From NCBI GenBank assembly GCA_051532055.1, contig JAOPTX010000034.1, forward strand, positions 39,747 to 103,746: a stretch of 64,000 bases of DNA, in the 5' to 3' direction. Made by a program: the position numbers and the translations under genes. The notes under the pieces are model-generated. The model ran no database searches. It saw only the letters and a program-made list of their open reading frames with translations, and was not told the DNA's origin. This stretch comes from Fibrobacterales bacterium. Its GTDB lineage: Bacteria; Fibrobacterota; Fibrobacteria; Fibrobacterales; JAOPTW01. Shown here piece by piece: positions 30,183 through 43,400 of the stretch (position 1 is its first letter; every line of letters starts with the position of its first letter).

Positions 30183-31871
30183 TTATTTTTTAACAATTGC
30201 CTTTTTATATTTACTCACATCTTTTAGGAGTTCAACAGCCTTTAACACCTGTAAGTCTGATTTTATTGTAAATGCAATACGCTCTCCTTCACCTTGGAAC
30301 GCACTGATAAACTCTCGTTTAAGGCCTTTTTCAATATACTCATTATTATTAGCAAATTCTGAATCTCGATTATGCTTAAGGGCATCATGTAAATTCGCTA
30401 TTGCTAATGCAAGCTTTTTGTCTTTAATTACTGCTGTCGTATCAAACTCACCAGGCGATTGGTCGATCTTAATGATCTTTTCTAACATATTTACTGAATT
30501 TTCAGCCGTTGTATGTTGACTATTAAAAACAGAATCCGCATCAAGGAATTTTTTAAATGCAGAGACTACTTTTTGTTCAGTCTTCCAATCTTGACCCACG
30601 ACTAATCCTCGACTATCGAGTTCAGGGCGATATTTAATTGCAAATTTAAAAAAGCTTGTTTGACGCTCTAATGTTTGTTGATACCAGCTTAATGCCTGTG
30701 CTTCAGTCACAACATCTGGAGAAATCCCACCTTCACCATACATTTTACGGCCCCCATTAGTGTAAAACACTTTTTTGGCAGTATCTGCTTTAGTAGTATC
30801 ATTTGCATGGGGTACAGAATTTTCTGGTTTATTAATACAACGTCCCATTGGGAGATAGTAAAAAGCAGTCGTCATTTTTATAGCACGACCTTCATTATCA
30901 AGGGGAAGAATTGATTGTACCGACCCCTTACCAAATGTTGTCTTACCCACTATGAGTCCTCTATCCCAATCCTGAATAGCACCTGATACGATTTCACTTG
31001 CAGAAGCAGACCCCTCATTAACCAACACAACCAATGGAAAAGTTCTTCCAAATACTGGATCATTATCACTCTGTGCTTCAGACTTTTGATAACGGCCTTT
31101 TGTAGATACAATGGTGCGGCCTTTCTTAAGGAAAAGATCACTCACTTCTATGGCCTGACTGAGAAGCCCACCAGGGTTGTATCTCAAGTCGAGAATCAGT
31201 TTTTTCATTCCTTTCTGCTTAAGGTCGAGTAACGCAGATTTTACATCACGAGAAGTACTTTGAGAAAATTGAATAATTTTAATATATCCAATCTCTTTAT
31301 TGATCATACCAAAGTAAGGAACCGATTTAATCTTAATATTTGCGCGTGTTATAGTGTACTCAATAAGATCAGGTACTCCTTCACGATACACATCAATTGT
31401 AACATCGGTACCTACAGGTCCACGAAGCTTATCAACGGCATCATTAATTGTAATGCCTTTGGTGTCGGAACCTTCAATTTTAACAATACGATCACCTGCC
31501 ATAAGGCCCATATTAAATGCTGGAGTTCCTGCTAATGGAGAAATGATTGTAAGGATTTCATCACGAATTGCAATAGTAATACCAAGTCCCCCAAACTCAC
31601 CTTCGGTACTTACTTTAAGGTTGCCATATTCTTTGGGAGTAAAGACCGTTGTATGCGGGTCAAGAACTTTTCTGATCCCATCGAAAGCAGCTTCCGTAAG
31701 CTCTTCAGGGTCTACTTCTTCAACATAACGATCATTGATATGCCCAAGTACCTCGTTTAATCGAGTAATACTTTCATAGTAGTCTTCTTTTGATTTTGAA
31801 AACCCAAGAGTTCCTACCCCAACAATAAGAAGCAGTCCGACAAATAGTAAAAATGAAACCAATTTTTTCAT
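30183..31871 (-). CDS. ctpA: C-terminal processing peptidase (S41A) with PDZ domain
   Basis: LDPHT, GEFGGLGI, DLRYNPGGLL, SASASEIVSGAIQD, GKGSVQ. Confidence 0.93.
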   Translation of the reverse strand: MKKLVSFLLFVGLLLIVGVGTLGFSKSKEDYYESITRLNEVLGHINDRYVEEVDPEELTEAAFDGIRKVLDPHTTVFTPKEYGNLKVSTEGEFGGLGITIAIRDEILTIISPLAGTPAFNMGLMAGDRIVKIEGSDTKGITINDAVDKLRGPVGTDVTIDVYREGVPDLIEYTITRANIKIKSVPYFGMINKEIGYIKIIQFSQSTSRDVKSALLDLKQKGMKKLILDLRYNPGGLLSQAIEVSDLFLKKGRTIVSTKGRYQKSEAQSDNDPVFGRTFPLVVLVNEGSASASEIVSGAIQDWDRGLIVGKTTFGKGSVQSILPLDNEGRAIKMTTAFYYLPMGRCINKPENSVPHANDTTKADTAKKVFYTNGGRKMYGEGGISPDVVTEAQALSWYQQTLERQTSFFKFAIKYRPELDSRGLVVGQDWKTEQKVVSAFKKFLDADSVFNSQHTTAENSVNMLEKIIKIDQSPGEFDTTAVIKDKKLALAIANLHDALKHNRDSEFANNNEYIEKGLKREFISAFQGEGERIAFTIKSDLQVLKAVELLKDVSKYKKAIVKK

Positions 31872-31927
31872 ACTTTCTCCTTTAAATCACAAAGTGCTCC
31901 TGCACTCCCCAATACTTTCTGCGCTCC

Positions 31928-32560
31928 TTAGAGGGAGGCGATAATTTTTTCTACAATAGCGTTATTCAATGCAAGCATATCTTGAGTGCCATCTAGTAAG
32001 GTAACATTTTCCGGATTTTTGCGGGCTACATCTTGATAACCATTTCTCACCCGTTCAAAAAACTCACCTGCTTCTTTTTCTATACGGTCTGGTACGCGAT
32101 TATCCTTATCACTCCGCGCACGAAACTCTTCTACAGGAATATCCAAAATAAAGGTCTGCTCCGGCCATATAGAACCACAGGTAATTTTCAACAATACTTC
32201 AATTTCAGTAGCATCAAGCCCACGGCCAAATCCTTGATATGCATACGTGGACCAGCCAAATCTATCCGCAAGTACAATAGATCCATTCTTAAGAGCGGGC
32301 TCTATAATTTCACCTATTAGCTGGGCACGAGATGCACTATAAAGAAACAGTTCACTTTTAGATGCCATATTTGAGCAATCGGGGTCAAGAATAAGCTCTC
32401 GTATCTTTTCTGATACCTTCGTCCCTCCTGGATCGCGAATAAGCGTTACAGTATGACCGAGTTCGATCAGTTTTTTTTCTATGAGTTTAATTTGGGTGCT
32501 TTTACCACACCCGTCTAACCCTTCTAATGAGAAAAATCGACTGCTAATACTATGCTCCAT
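31928..32560 (-). CDS. tmk: Thymidylate kinase
   Basis: [41 protein letters not shown] 32560 overlaps the secA end. Confidence 0.95.
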   Translation of the reverse strand: MEHSISSRFFSLEGLDGCGKSTQIKLIEKKLIELGHTVTLIRDPGGTKVSEKIRELILDPDCSNMASKSELFLYSASRAQLIGEIIEPALKNGSIVLADRFGWSTYAYQGFGRGLDATEIEVLLKITCGSIWPEQTFILDIPVEEFRARSDKDNRVPDRIEKEAGEFFERVRNGYQDVARKNPENVTLLDGTQDMLALNNAIVEKIIASL

Positions 32561-35315
32561 GACATTTTTTAAATTTCTTACCACTACCACACCAACAGGG
32601 ATCATTACGACCTACTTGTGGTCCGGTATTACGAACAGGTGCAGTCTTTTTCGGCTGCGGCCTCCGTTGTGGTGCTGGTCTTTGAAATGCCTCACCTGAT
32701 TCTTTGATATCTTCCCGGTTCTCAATACCCTGTGGCTTTTGCACCTCAGGTTCTGGAACGGGAACAGGTCCCTCTTCTACACGTACATTACAAAGACGTT
32801 CTGTTGATGACGTTGCAATTGACTCCATACAACTCTCGAACATTGTAAAGCCCTCTTTCTTATATACCATAAGCGGGTCTTTTTGTGCATAGCCATGAAA
32901 ACGAATTGCATCACGTAGATGATCCATTTGCTGTAGATGCTCTTTGTAGTGCTGATCAATTGTGAGAAGCAGTACACGGCGCTCTAAATTATGAAGATTC
33001 TCTTCATCAACCATATCAAGCAATTTAGTGTGCTTTTCTTTTGCAAGATCTATTACGTGTTCAACAACTCCTGCCCCACCTTTTGCCGCGACCATTTTAG
33101 AGTTGAGCTTTGCTTCTACACCATAGCTTCTACGAATATCTGCATCGATAGTGTCATAGTCGAGGTTCTCCGCAAATTCGCTATCGCCTAGATAATTACT
33201 GAGTTTAATATCAATTGCGTCTTCAAAGTTATTGAAAATTTCATCTTGGATATTTTCACCCTTAAGAATACGTCCACGAACACCATAGACAATTTTACGC
33301 TGTTCGTTCATGACATCGTCATATTCTAAAAGATGCTTACGCCCTTCAAAGTTTTGACCTTCAACCCGTTTTTGCGCATTGAGGATAGCTTTATTTACAA
33401 ATGGATGGGTAATTACTTCACCATCTTCTGCACCCAAACGATCCATAACTGATTTAATACGGTCAGAACCAAAAATCCTCATAAGGTTATCATCAAGGGA
33501 GAGATAATAACATGACTCACCAGGATCACCCTGACGTCCTCCTCGACCACGAAGCTGATTATCAATACGTCGACTTTCATGACGCTCTGTTGCAAGAACG
33601 TAGAGACCGCCCACCTCTTTTACCCCTGTGCCAAGTGCAATATCGGTACCACGACCCGCCATATTTGTTGCGATAGTTACTCGTCCCGGCTGCCCTGCAG
33701 AAAGAATTATTTCCGCTTCACGCCCATGATTTTTTGCGTTGAGTACATCATGTTGAACCCCTTCACGCTTCAGGCGTTTATGTAATTCTTCTGAACGTTC
33801 AACACTAATAGTACCCACAAGTATTGGTTGCCCTTTCTCGTGTCGTTCTTTGATGTCTGATACAATAGCAGCTAATTTCTCTTCATGAGTTTTAAAGATT
33901 TTATCATTATGATCTTCTCTGACACACGGTTTATGAGTCGGCACCGTTATCACGCCAAGACTATAAATCTGCATAAACTCTGTTGCTTCAGTCGCAGCAG
34001 TACCAGTCATACCAGAAAGTTTGTCATACATTCTAAAAAAGTTCTGAAAGGTTATTTGTGCAAGAGTTTGATTTTCACGCGCAATTTTAACTTGTTCTTT
34101 AGCTTCAATAGCCTGATGAAGACCTTCAGAGTACCGACGGCCTTCCATGAGACGACCAGTGTTTTCATCTACAATGACCACCTGACCATCTTTGACGAGA
34201 TAGTCAACATCATTTTGAAAGACAAACCACGCTTTAAGAGCCTGTGAAATGTGATGGACCCACTCAGCATTCATATTACCGTATAGGTTTTCTACACCAA
34301 GAATTTTCTCGCAAAGCTGTACTCCGCTATCAGTAAGAAGTACATTTCTCGACTTCTCATCAACAATAAAATCTTTATCTCTTGTAAGCTGAGGAATAAC
34401 TGCATTTACCCGCGTGTATTTCTCTGTTGACTGTTCCGCTGGTCCACTAATAATAAGCGGTGTACGAGCCTCGTCTACAAGAATAGAGTCAATTTCATCC
34501 ACGATGCAATAGTTAAAGCCTCGTTGTACAAGATCTTCTGGGTCAGTAGCCATATTATCACGAAGATAATCAAAGCCAAATTCATTGTTTGTTCCGTAGG
34601 TTACGTCTGCTCCATAGCCTTCACGACGCTGTTGTGAATTCAGTCCATGTACAATAAGACCTACGCTCAAGCCAAGAAAGTGGTACGCTTTACCCATAAG
34701 TTCAGCATCACGACTTGCAAGATAGTCATTCACCGTGACAACATGCACCCCTTTACCCGTAAGAGCATTCAGGTATACCGGACAAGTTGCCGCAAGTGTT
34801 TTACCTTCACCGGTCTGCATTTCTGCAATATTACCATCGTTAAGAGCAAGACCACCAATAAGCTGTACCTCAAAACTCTGCATCCTAAAAGGCTTCACAG
34901 ACTCGGGGTATATTTCACGAATTCTTTGATAAAAGGCTGCCGGAAGAAATATTTCGTGTTCTGGAGTGTGATTTTCGAGAGCTTCACGCGCTTCTTTTAC
35001 CACATTTTGAAGAGTGTCATCAAGAAGAGATAGATCAAACTCAAACTTTTCATGGATGACATTAAACATACCGAGTCGACGGTCTGCAGCTTCTCGGGCA
35101 ATAGCATATGCCTCGGCTTGTATTTCATCAAGTGCTGCGCCGCCACGAGCGCGCTCTTTAAGGGCCATACCTCGTGCAACCAATTCTGCATCATCTAAGG
35201 TATCAAGTTTTACGAATTGCGTATAGATATCTTCAAGAACAGGTTTGAGCTTTTTTATATAGCGATCACTCGGTGTTCCCAAGACTTTATAAATAATATT
35301 ATGGAGAAGTTTCAT
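32550..35315 (-). CDS. secA: Preprotein translocase ATPase SecA
   Basis: [56 protein letters not shown] motif [13 protein letters not shown]. Confidence 0.99.
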   Translation of the reverse strand: MKLLHNIIYKVLGTPSDRYIKKLKPVLEDIYTQFVKLDTLDDAELVARGMALKERARGGAALDEIQAEAYAIAREAADRRLGMFNVIHEKFEFDLSLLDDTLQNVVKEAREALENHTPEHEIFLPAAFYQRIREIYPESVKPFRMQSFEVQLIGGLALNDGNIAEMQTGEGKTLAATCPVYLNALTGKGVHVVTVNDYLASRDAELMGKAYHFLGLSVGLIVHGLNSQQRREGYGADVTYGTNNEFGFDYLRDNMATDPEDLVQRGFNYCIVDEIDSILVDEARTPLIISGPAEQSTEKYTRVNAVIPQLTRDKDFIVDEKSRNVLLTDSGVQLCEKILGVENLYGNMNAEWVHHISQALKAWFVFQNDVDYLVKDGQVVIVDENTGRLMEGRRYSEGLHQAIEAKEQVKIARENQTLAQITFQNFFRMYDKLSGMTGTAATEATEFMQIYSLGVITVPTHKPCVREDHNDKIFKTHEEKLAAIVSDIKERHEKGQPILVGTISVERSEELHKRLKREGVQHDVLNAKNHGREAEIILSAGQPGRVTIATNMAGRGTDIALGTGVKEVGGLYVLATERHESRRIDNQLRGRGGRQGDPGESCYYLSLDDNLMRIFGSDRIKSVMDRLGAEDGEVITHPFVNKAILNAQKRVEGQNFEGRKHLLEYDDVMNEQRKIVYGVRGRILKGENIQDEIFNNFEDAIDIKLSNYLGDSEFAENLDYDTIDADIRRSYGVEAKLNSKMVAAKGGAGVVEHVIDLAKEKHTKLLDMVDEENLHNLERRVLLLTIDQHYKEHLQQMDHLRDAIRFHGYAQKDPLMVYKKEGFTMFESCMESIATSSTERLCNVRVEEGPVPVPEPEVQKPQGIENREDIKESGEAFQRPAPQRRPQPKKTAPVRNTGPQVGRNDPCWCGSGKKFKKCHGA

Positions 35316-38300
35316 TTTTTATTTTCGTCTCAAAGTTTTTAAACCGCACTTCTATATCTTTTTGATAGAGATAGTGCATTTTTTGCGTTAACCTCTTCTG
35401 AATCAGAGGAAGCTGCATTTTGTCTTTGGAAGTAAAATAAAAAATATTTTGGGTAATGGCTTTGATATTGTCCGACGATCTCTTTATTTCATATTTTAAT
35501 TTTTTGTCAAAAAAGAGCAATTCTAAGTCAAATTCAGCATATACTTTACTTGCAACCCCAAAGTCACACTTAAAGTTTTTCAGAACGTACCGGTACCGTT
35601 TATTCAACTTCTTGCCCTGCTTCTCAACCACTTGTTTCGACTCTTTTTCACCTGCACCATTTTTCTTCTGCTCAACTTCTTCTGTTTTCATTTTTTTATC
35701 TACATGTGATTTATGAGTATTTTCATCGATCACCTCAAGTAACTCTCCCTGACCCGACTCATCATCAGAATCCGTAGTAATGACATTTTCACCATTTTCA
35801 GCCTTGTTTTTATCAATTTTAAGCAATTTCTTACTTGTTTCAACCCAAAAACTCACAGAATCAGCGATGGCACGTTTTACAAACTGCAATATACTATCAG
35901 CACGCAAGGCAACAGAGTCTTGAAATATCATCAAAGAATCAACAGCTGAATGCAATGTAACTCCCACCGATATCGCCTCATCTTCAATGTCTCGTTCGCC
36001 CTTTTTTACCCCATAATCACTCGAAATGTGCACTGCCTCATTTACTGAAGGCCCTCTATAAACCGCTCCTCCATCACTACTCAACAAAACAATTGACGCT
36101 GATGATCGAGTCTTCACCGACTGAAGTTGAACTCGCTTCACTTGATCCAATGAATCCTCCACTCTTTTCTCCTCCACCTTCTTCGCTATCGAATCTACAT
36201 ACGCCCTCTGTAATGCTTCTTTTTCAACGCGTAAAGAATCCGCTACTTGAGCAAGCTGAGCAGTACGCTCTCTCTCAATCCGGTCTTTTTCTGCTTGAGC
36301 CAAAACTCGAACTTTTTCACGGGCTCGCTCTTCCTCAGCTACTTTGAGAGCCGCTACCTGTTTTTGAGCCTCATGATCTTTGAGCGCTTTTATCCGAGCG
36401 CGTTCTTTTGCTTTTTCTTGAGTACGTTCTACTATTCGCTCTTTTTCTACACGCTCCTTCTCCGCCAAAGCTAATACCAATGCGAGTTCCTGCTCGCGAG
36501 CCCGCTCTTCCTCTGCTGCTTTAAGAACTGCCACTTGTTTACGGGCTTCACGCTCCTCGAATATTCTAACACTTTCAAGCTCCTTCGCCTCTTCTTCTAA
36601 ACGCTCCAACTCTTTTACTGAATCACTTCTCATTTGCGTAATCTGCTGCATATGCAGCTGTAGCGAATCCTTAAAGGCCTGAATAGAGTCTGCCACCACT
36701 TGTAACGAATCCAACCGTATTTGTTCACGTATGTCGATACGAACCCAACGGGCGACTGAATCAGCTATTGAACCTTTTACATAATTGAGTAAACTATCAG
36801 CCTCATAGGCACGTTTCAGTGCATTAAGCTCTTCTTGCGTAGGCTGTAGTGGTACTATCTCTAAAGAGGTCACCTGGTCATGAGCTTCATCCTCATCCAA
36901 ATCATATGTTTCGACTACCTCAATGAGATCCTCGTCACTCGCTTCAATAAGCTCTACAGGCATTTCGCTTACAACTTCATCTTGTATCTCAACCCCTTCA
37001 ACATCTACGACTCTTTGATTGCCAACACCTTTCTCTTTCTCTTCCACCACATCAAGTTCAAATAATTCTTCATTAGTACTTTGATCAATCCATTCAATTG
37101 CTCTGTTTTCATCAGACACATTTTCACTAGAACTGCCTTTTAGTAAACCATTTTCTGACTGAATATCATGGCCAACAACAAAGTACTCCACATTAACTTG
37201 CCTCTTATCACCTCCAACACTCTCCTCTGTCATCAATACAGCCTCGCTCGACAACATCATACTATCATTGTTTTGGCCGCTTCGCTGTCCTATTTCACCT
37301 CCAAATTCAAGCGGCTCAATAAAAGATTTTTTCCGTGGCTTCAAAGCCCCATCCTTCATCTGCTGAGTAATAAATCCCAACACACTATCAATTGCCGACA
37401 GTCGATCCTGAGCCTTTATCCTTATCTCACTTGATAGGCTAAAATATGATGCACTCACCCTATCCCCTATCGGTTTTATAGCGATTGCTTTAGAGCTACT
37501 CGATGTAACTATTTCATCTATGATCCCATCGATTACCCTTCCTTCATCGCTCATCTCAGCACCATCATCAAAATCACTATCAATACCCTCAAAATCATCG
37601 CTGTGCACGGACCTATCTTCCACAGGTTTTTCAATGTTACTCACAGCTGTCGACTTAACTGAAGCAACTATTGTTCTAACGCCATTTATAAAATTATCAT
37701 ATAGGCCTGAACGTCCTTCAGCTGTGTCAAGTGTACTCAGTTCTTTACTTTGAGAGGCTTGAATAACCTGTGCGGCAGAGTCCATTCGGGAAAACTCATT
37801 TATTAAGAACTGCTCTAGAGAATCATGTTGACGAACAAGTGAATCAAGTTGAACCTCATAGGCTATTGCTTGTCGTTGTGCCCGCTTCAAAGCAGCCACA
37901 GCAACCGAATCCTGATACAGGGAATCACTATAAAGAGAGTCAGTTATAAATGTTAACCGTTTTTGTCTCATCTCTTCCCGGCTCCGCACTACCAATTGAC
38001 GAAGACGAGATCGTTTTCTTTCCTGCAGAATTTCCCGAGCTTCAGCGCCCTGATTTATCACTTCTTGAGATGAAACCCCCAGTGCTGAGCTAGACAAAAT
38101 CACATGATCATAGAGTGCACGCACCAGAGTATCTCTCTTTTTTTCTCTGGTGATTTGTGACGAGTCAGACATTTCAGTTTTTCCAAAGGTAAATATTGAT
38201 CGCAACTCAATAACAAGGTCATCGACACTAAGAATGGCAGTATTCCACCAACGGGTCGTGTCAATTACAACAAATGAATCCTTACTTTCTTGAACATAAG

Positions 38301-39978
38301 AGGATATCTCTATCTCAACAATTCCTGTAAAATGATCAACAGAACTCAACACTATAAGAGTAGAAGAGCTGCTCAAAGCTTCACTCACACTACTCACATC
38401 AACTTTTTGCGTATCACTCAAAGAGCTAAGCGGTCGCACTAGTAGCAATTCAATAGGTATTGTTGCCACTTCAAACACACTATCTCTCTCATGCAAATCT
38501 TGTGCAACCTCTATACTCGATGATGCAGCTAAAGAGCGCTCTACACTACTCATTACAAATAACTCACCCGATGACTCTATTATTAGTGAATAAGAAGAAA
38601 TATAAACCGCCTCCCTCGATATTTCAGGTATTTCAGGTATTTCAATTTTCCACAAAAAATATCTCAGCCAATCAGCAAACTCAGAAATCCATTCACGCGC
38701 AAGCGGCTTATAGTAGAAGATCTTGGATCTACGAGAAAAACTTGGGAGCGAGACCGCTTCATTTGACTCTATAGAATCCTGAAAGTATGCCACCTCAACC
38801 GAACTCAACACCCCAATACTGCTACTCAATTCACTACTCATTACTGATGGTTCAGATGAAGTCAAACTACTCGATATGAACAATTGGTGACTTGATTCTA
38901 TTATCCTCGATGATGAAGATGATGAAGAAGATGATGATTGAATCCCTAACTGTTGGACCGTATCAATTGCAAAGCGCCATAGAGGTACGACTTCTATAAC
39001 TTCTGACTGCTGTACTCCTGAAGAGACTTCTTCATTTTTTTCAGGCCGCTCAAATACTGTTACAGATGCATTCTCTGCTGATGAAATTAACTGAACTGAC
39101 AATGAGGCTGCTTGATAGGAAGAATAACCACCTCTAGAAGAAAGACCTCTCACCTCACTACTACTTAACAGCCCTATGAGAGAATCACTCACAATTCGTT
39201 CTAGTAATTCTTCATGTAATGTTATTGCATACATTCGGGCATTATGAAGCACCAAAGAATCAATTTCATCTACACTCATTACTCGGTATTCATTTGACAG
39301 ACGTGGTACAGAGCCCTCTGATGAATTCGAGGATTTAGAGGAGACCTCTTCAATGTCCACTTCAAGAATCACTTCACCATTTAATACAGCTTTCTCTTTA
39401 ACCAATGCCTCGCTGTCAATCACCTCAAATTGGTCCCAGGCGGGAATTTCAAAGGGGAGCTCATTAGGTTCTTGACTTTGTGAGGTCATTAATAACACAC
39501 TACTGAGGGCGTCAGATGAAGTATCTAGTTGAGAATATTTTTGAGCTGCACTCGACAATACAACCAATAACTCACCTGCTGAAAGGGGTATTTCGACACT
39601 ACTCTCATTCTGAGCTTCTAGTGCCGTTGTATCACTAAAAAATTGCCCTATCGCAACAACCGGTGCTACAACAAATTCAGATATCCGAGAACCCAATGCC
39701 ATCTCTTCATACTCAATAAGATCTACTGGGTAATCGGTGGAGTCACCCACATAGATCAACTCCATAGTTTTTAGACTATCATTTGCAACCCACTTATAAT
39801 CAGTCGTACGGTGCTTTTCTACAAATTCATGATACCTATTATAATTTGACCAATAGATGCCCCATAATACATAGAGTAGCACGACAAAAAGAAAGATGCC
39901 AAATCCGACAACTCTCTCTTTCAAAAACGATATAAATGCGTTTTTGATCTCCACTCTATTCTCACTGTTAAGTTCCAA
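35299..39978 (-). CDS. 1559-aa single-pass membrane protein: Ser-rich/acidic low-complexity stalk, coiled coil, C-terminal FliL-like domain
   Basis: Uninterrupted 4.7-kb ORF (TTG start, uncertain), one N-terminal TM, E/R/A-rich helix; overlaps the secA start by 17 nt. Confidence 0.7.
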   Translation of the reverse strand: MELNSENRVEIKNAFISFLKERVVGFGIFLFVVLLYVLWGIYWSNYNRYHEFVEKHRTTDYKWVANDSLKTMELIYVGDSTDYPVDLIEYEEMALGSRISEFVVAPVVAIGQFFSDTTALEAQNESSVEIPLSAGELLVVLSSAAQKYSQLDTSSDALSSVLLMTSQSQEPNELPFEIPAWDQFEVIDSEALVKEKAVLNGEVILEVDIEEVSSKSSNSSEGSVPRLSNEYRVMSVDEIDSLVLHNARMYAITLHEELLERIVSDSLIGLLSSSEVRGLSSRGGYSSYQAASLSVQLISSAENASVTVFERPEKNEEVSSGVQQSEVIEVVPLWRFAIDTVQQLGIQSSSSSSSSSSRIIESSHQLFISSSLTSSEPSVMSSELSSSIGVLSSVEVAYFQDSIESNEAVSLPSFSRRSKIFYYKPLAREWISEFADWLRYFLWKIEIPEIPEISREAVYISSYSLIIESSGELFVMSSVERSLAASSSIEVAQDLHERDSVFEVATIPIELLLVRPLSSLSDTQKVDVSSVSEALSSSSTLIVLSSVDHFTGIVEIEISSYVQESKDSFVVIDTTRWWNTAILSVDDLVIELRSIFTFGKTEMSDSSQITREKKRDTLVRALYDHVILSSSALGVSSQEVINQGAEAREILQERKRSRLRQLVVRSREEMRQKRLTFITDSLYSDSLYQDSVAVAALKRAQRQAIAYEVQLDSLVRQHDSLEQFLINEFSRMDSAAQVIQASQSKELSTLDTAEGRSGLYDNFINGVRTIVASVKSTAVSNIEKPVEDRSVHSDDFEGIDSDFDDGAEMSDEGRVIDGIIDEIVTSSSSKAIAIKPIGDRVSASYFSLSSEIRIKAQDRLSAIDSVLGFITQQMKDGALKPRKKSFIEPLEFGGEIGQRSGQNNDSMMLSSEAVLMTEESVGGDKRQVNVEYFVVGHDIQSENGLLKGSSSENVSDENRAIEWIDQSTNEELFELDVVEEKEKGVGNQRVVDVEGVEIQDEVVSEMPVELIEASDEDLIEVVETYDLDEDEAHDQVTSLEIVPLQPTQEELNALKRAYEADSLLNYVKGSIADSVARWVRIDIREQIRLDSLQVVADSIQAFKDSLQLHMQQITQMRSDSVKELERLEEEAKELESVRIFEEREARKQVAVLKAAEEERAREQELALVLALAEKERVEKERIVERTQEKAKERARIKALKDHEAQKQVAALKVAEEERAREKVRVLAQAEKDRIERERTAQLAQVADSLRVEKEALQRAYVDSIAKKVEEKRVEDSLDQVKRVQLQSVKTRSSASIVLLSSDGGAVYRGPSVNEAVHISSDYGVKKGERDIEDEAISVGVTLHSAVDSLMIFQDSVALRADSILQFVKRAIADSVSFWVETSKKLLKIDKNKAENGENVITTDSDDESGQGELLEVIDENTHKSHVDKKMKTEEVEQKKNGAGEKESKQVVEKQGKKLNKRYRYVLKNFKCDFGVASKVYAEFDLELLFFDKKLKYEIKRSSDNIKAITQNIFYFTSKDKMQLPLIQKRLTQKMHYLYQKDIEVRFKNFETKIKNETSP

Positions 39979-40337
39979 TCACTTATGTACGCACTTTGCG
40001 CACATCACCGTTTTATATATCGAATATTCCTTTGAGACTATTTAGATTTTAATGGCATTTTCGCCTTTTTCACTCAAATTAACCCATTTTAGAGTTGTTC
40101 AAATTACAGAGAACGCCACAATACTCTAATTATCACTCGAGAGACTACCTTAAGCTCCGCTCTTAGTTAGGTTATAGCGCTTACTGTTCATAAAAAATGC
40201 TATAATAGCTGGAAACACCCCAAAAATGTGACACGAATTGCTCTTTATATGTCAATTTTACATAAAGGTAACTTATCTTAGCAGTAGAGGCTTTAAAAGA
40301 GAACATACTGAATTTAGAGCGTCGTGAACACATTGAA

Positions 40338-40353
40338 ACAGTTTGTAAACAGC
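40338..40353. promoter_or_regulatory. Palindromic operator candidate, copy 2
   Basis: ACAGTTT-GT-AAACAGC, 14/16 identical to the reverse complement of 16443-16458. Confidence 0.5.
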
Positions 40354-40463
40354 AATTATGAATTAGCCTAAGGCTCACTTACTTAAAGAGAGCATATCAC
40401 CCAAATTTAGATAGATTAACCACACGTTCAAGAGAGTTAGACACACACCAAAAGGACACCTGT

Positions 40464-43400
40464 ATGATTTCACACATAGCTCGCACAACTATTATGTGTA
40501 TTGCAATCACCCTACTGTTATCACACACAATTTTTGCACGAGCAAATACTATTACCGTGCATCAAGACAGTTTAGGATTCAAAATTCAGGTTGATCAACG
40601 AGACCTCTTTATCAACGCAATACGTTGGAGCCATAAACCTGTAGGAGTCAATTATAATTATGACTTGTGGGCAAAATCAGACAACTACATTCGCAAAGTT
40701 TTAACCCATGACATGCGATTACTTCAAGAGTCAGGGGCAACTGCTATAGTCACTTCTCCTGGTATCCCATCCAAATGGGTTACCTATGTATATAAGAAAT
40801 TTAAAATCATGACCATTGTTCATTGGGAGATGGGCCGCTGGGGCATGACTTACAATAGCACCTGGAATGCAAATCCAGATTTCGAATCCCTACTGGTTCA
40901 AAACATCCTCACCAAAGAGATCACCACTATAATAGAGGAATACAAAGACACACAGGGGTTTTTGAGTTACGCCATAGGAAGCTCACACAACTGGGGGTGG
41001 GGCTGGAGTAACCCACGTATTGACAAACTTTCACAAGATGCTGCACAAGCAGCAAAAGCAGAAGTTATTTATGGACTCTTTGGCACTTTTACAAACCTCA
41101 TTAAACTAAATGACACCCATCACCCCGTCACTCTTGTTAATGGAGACGTTGCCTTTACCGACTATATTGAACGCCTCTGCCCCACAATTGATATCTATGG
41201 AGTCAATTCAACACGTGGTGCAATTTCAGGTGGTATTTTTGATCAGTTTAAAAATGAGATGCCAACTAAGCCCTTTCTTTACTTTACACTCGGCGGTAAT
41301 GGCGCATGGGATGACAAACTCAAAAGCGAAAACCCGCTCAAGCAAGCAAAAATTGTAAAAAGTCAACTTCATGAACTCTATACAGAAACCTATGGCAAAA
41401 AAACAGGCGTCGCTGTTGGTGCTGTAATGGGGTGGCAGGATGACTGGTCTATGGACCCTACCAACTGGCAACAGTGGGAATTAGACATTCATAATAACCA
41501 TATGATGGAGTGGCAGGGACTTGTTGCTATCGCTCCTTCGGATGATGAAGACCCACGTCCGCTCATTCCTCGCCCTGCTTTTTATGTAATGAAAGAAGCG
41601 TGGACCCGACTGAACCCTTATTCTGAAACAACAACAGAAACTTCCATTGATCAACTCTTTGACGGCATGCGTGAGGAGATGTATCTAGCACTCTATGATG
41701 TGAAACGTGTTGAGTATGAACTTAAAGAAAGTAACAAAGTACAGATGAATCATATGAACATTTCACTTGCCTCTGTTGGATACACCAATAATAAGCGTGC
41801 TGATTCCACCGGACACTTTACAAGCTCCATGCGATTTGATACAGAAGAGTCAGTTACCTTTGGATTTAAAGGAATTGTGGGGAGCCAATTAACTGCCAAT
41901 GCGCAACTTAAATATACTGGTAATGTATCTGAATTCAAGCTCGACCAATTTGATTATAACACTTTAAACAAACCCATGAAATTCGAAATGATGGACACTG
42001 TTGATTATGAGCCGGCAATGCTCAATAATGCAGAAATTCCTAGACAATCATTAAGACTGTACCGAGCGTCTTTTAATTATAGCGGGGACTATATTGATAT
42101 AGATGGCTACTATCGTCAAGGCCATACTCACTGGGGACATTTTGGAGATTTATTTAACCTCTACACAGAAGCTTATGACTACCCAACGTTTGACCAATGG
42201 GATATGACCGTACCCTATGGCCTTGAAATTACTGGTAAGAAATTCCTCAAAGGAATGCGTGTAGCAATTGGCCCTAAGCCCGTTGATGGTGGCAATCCAG
42301 CAATATACGCACTCTATCAAAAAACCATTGGTGACCTTAAAGTTTCTCCTATGTTAAAAATCGACCTCGGTCAGCTAGAAGAAACTGGGAGAGGAGCAAG
42401 CACCTTTAGAACATCCCAATTCACTGTCTCAGCAGAACAAAACACCTCAAATCTGACATTTAAAGCTGGTGCAATGATATCAGACCTTTCTCTCTCTTTA
42501 TTAAGTAAAAAGTATCAACTCAATGAAAAAATTGGCAAAAAATATGAAACCCAAAAGGGGTATACTGTAGGCTCCGGATTTGATTCTGAAACTATCCCTC
42601 CTGATTCAGTTACCCTTACCACTCTTGATGGGCTTGGTGGTAAAGTTGAAGTAATGGGGGACTATGGCCAAACTAAGTTTCTTGCCCTCGGACAATACAT
42701 GGGCCCTATCGCATACAGTGGCTGGGATCGAGAACACAAATTTGCAGATTGGACCATGAAAGACATCGGTGGAACGAATAAAATTCTGGGAACTTTTGGC
42801 TTTTCTCACGACATTGGTTCATTTAGAATATCTCCAAATTTTATGTATCAAAAACCTGTCGTTGACCCTCTTGAACGAGCAGAATATGAAAGTGTATACG
42901 ATGGATTCCCGGTGAACACTGATCCTACCACACCAAAGGAAGACCGATACACCCCATCACCAGTTTTGGTACAAAACCCCAAAACAATTGGTGGTGAACT
43001 TATAGTAACCTATGATCCTACCCCGAATACACAACTGTGGTTCTATGATTCAGACAACCAAGAAGATGCAGAACTCGCCGCACACCTCCACTTAGAATAC
43101 CGAAAACTTGGCCGCACTGATAGAATAACGTATGTAAACAAACGCGGTTATACAGTAAGCTTTGCAGAAGGTCAAAGTCCCTATGATAAATTTGGAACCA
43201 AGCTTCGCCTCATTTTTAACCCATCGCCCCTCTTTAAGATTATTGCGCGTGGTTATTATGACATCAAACGCGGACCTAATGGACAAATGAAAGCAACAAT
43301 TAATGCATTTGGAGGAAGTTTTGACCTCGCCTATTTTCAATGGCGTGTGAGTAGTGAAATCAAGATTGACGACTGGGGACCTTATGACTACATGGATGAA

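Noticed and set aside
38908..38940. Poly-Ser GAT/GAA run as a phase-variation tract
   Set aside because: Imperfect in-frame trinucleotide low complexity; slippage would not shift the frame.
40224..40242. CRP-like site AAATGTGA-CACGAA-TTGCT
   Set aside because: Poor second half-site and no -10 at the 21-nt spacing.
40181..40378. 65-aa minus-strand ORF, or an sRNA behind TGCTATAAT at 40198
   Set aside because: No coding features or recognisable RNA structure; more likely promoter DNA.
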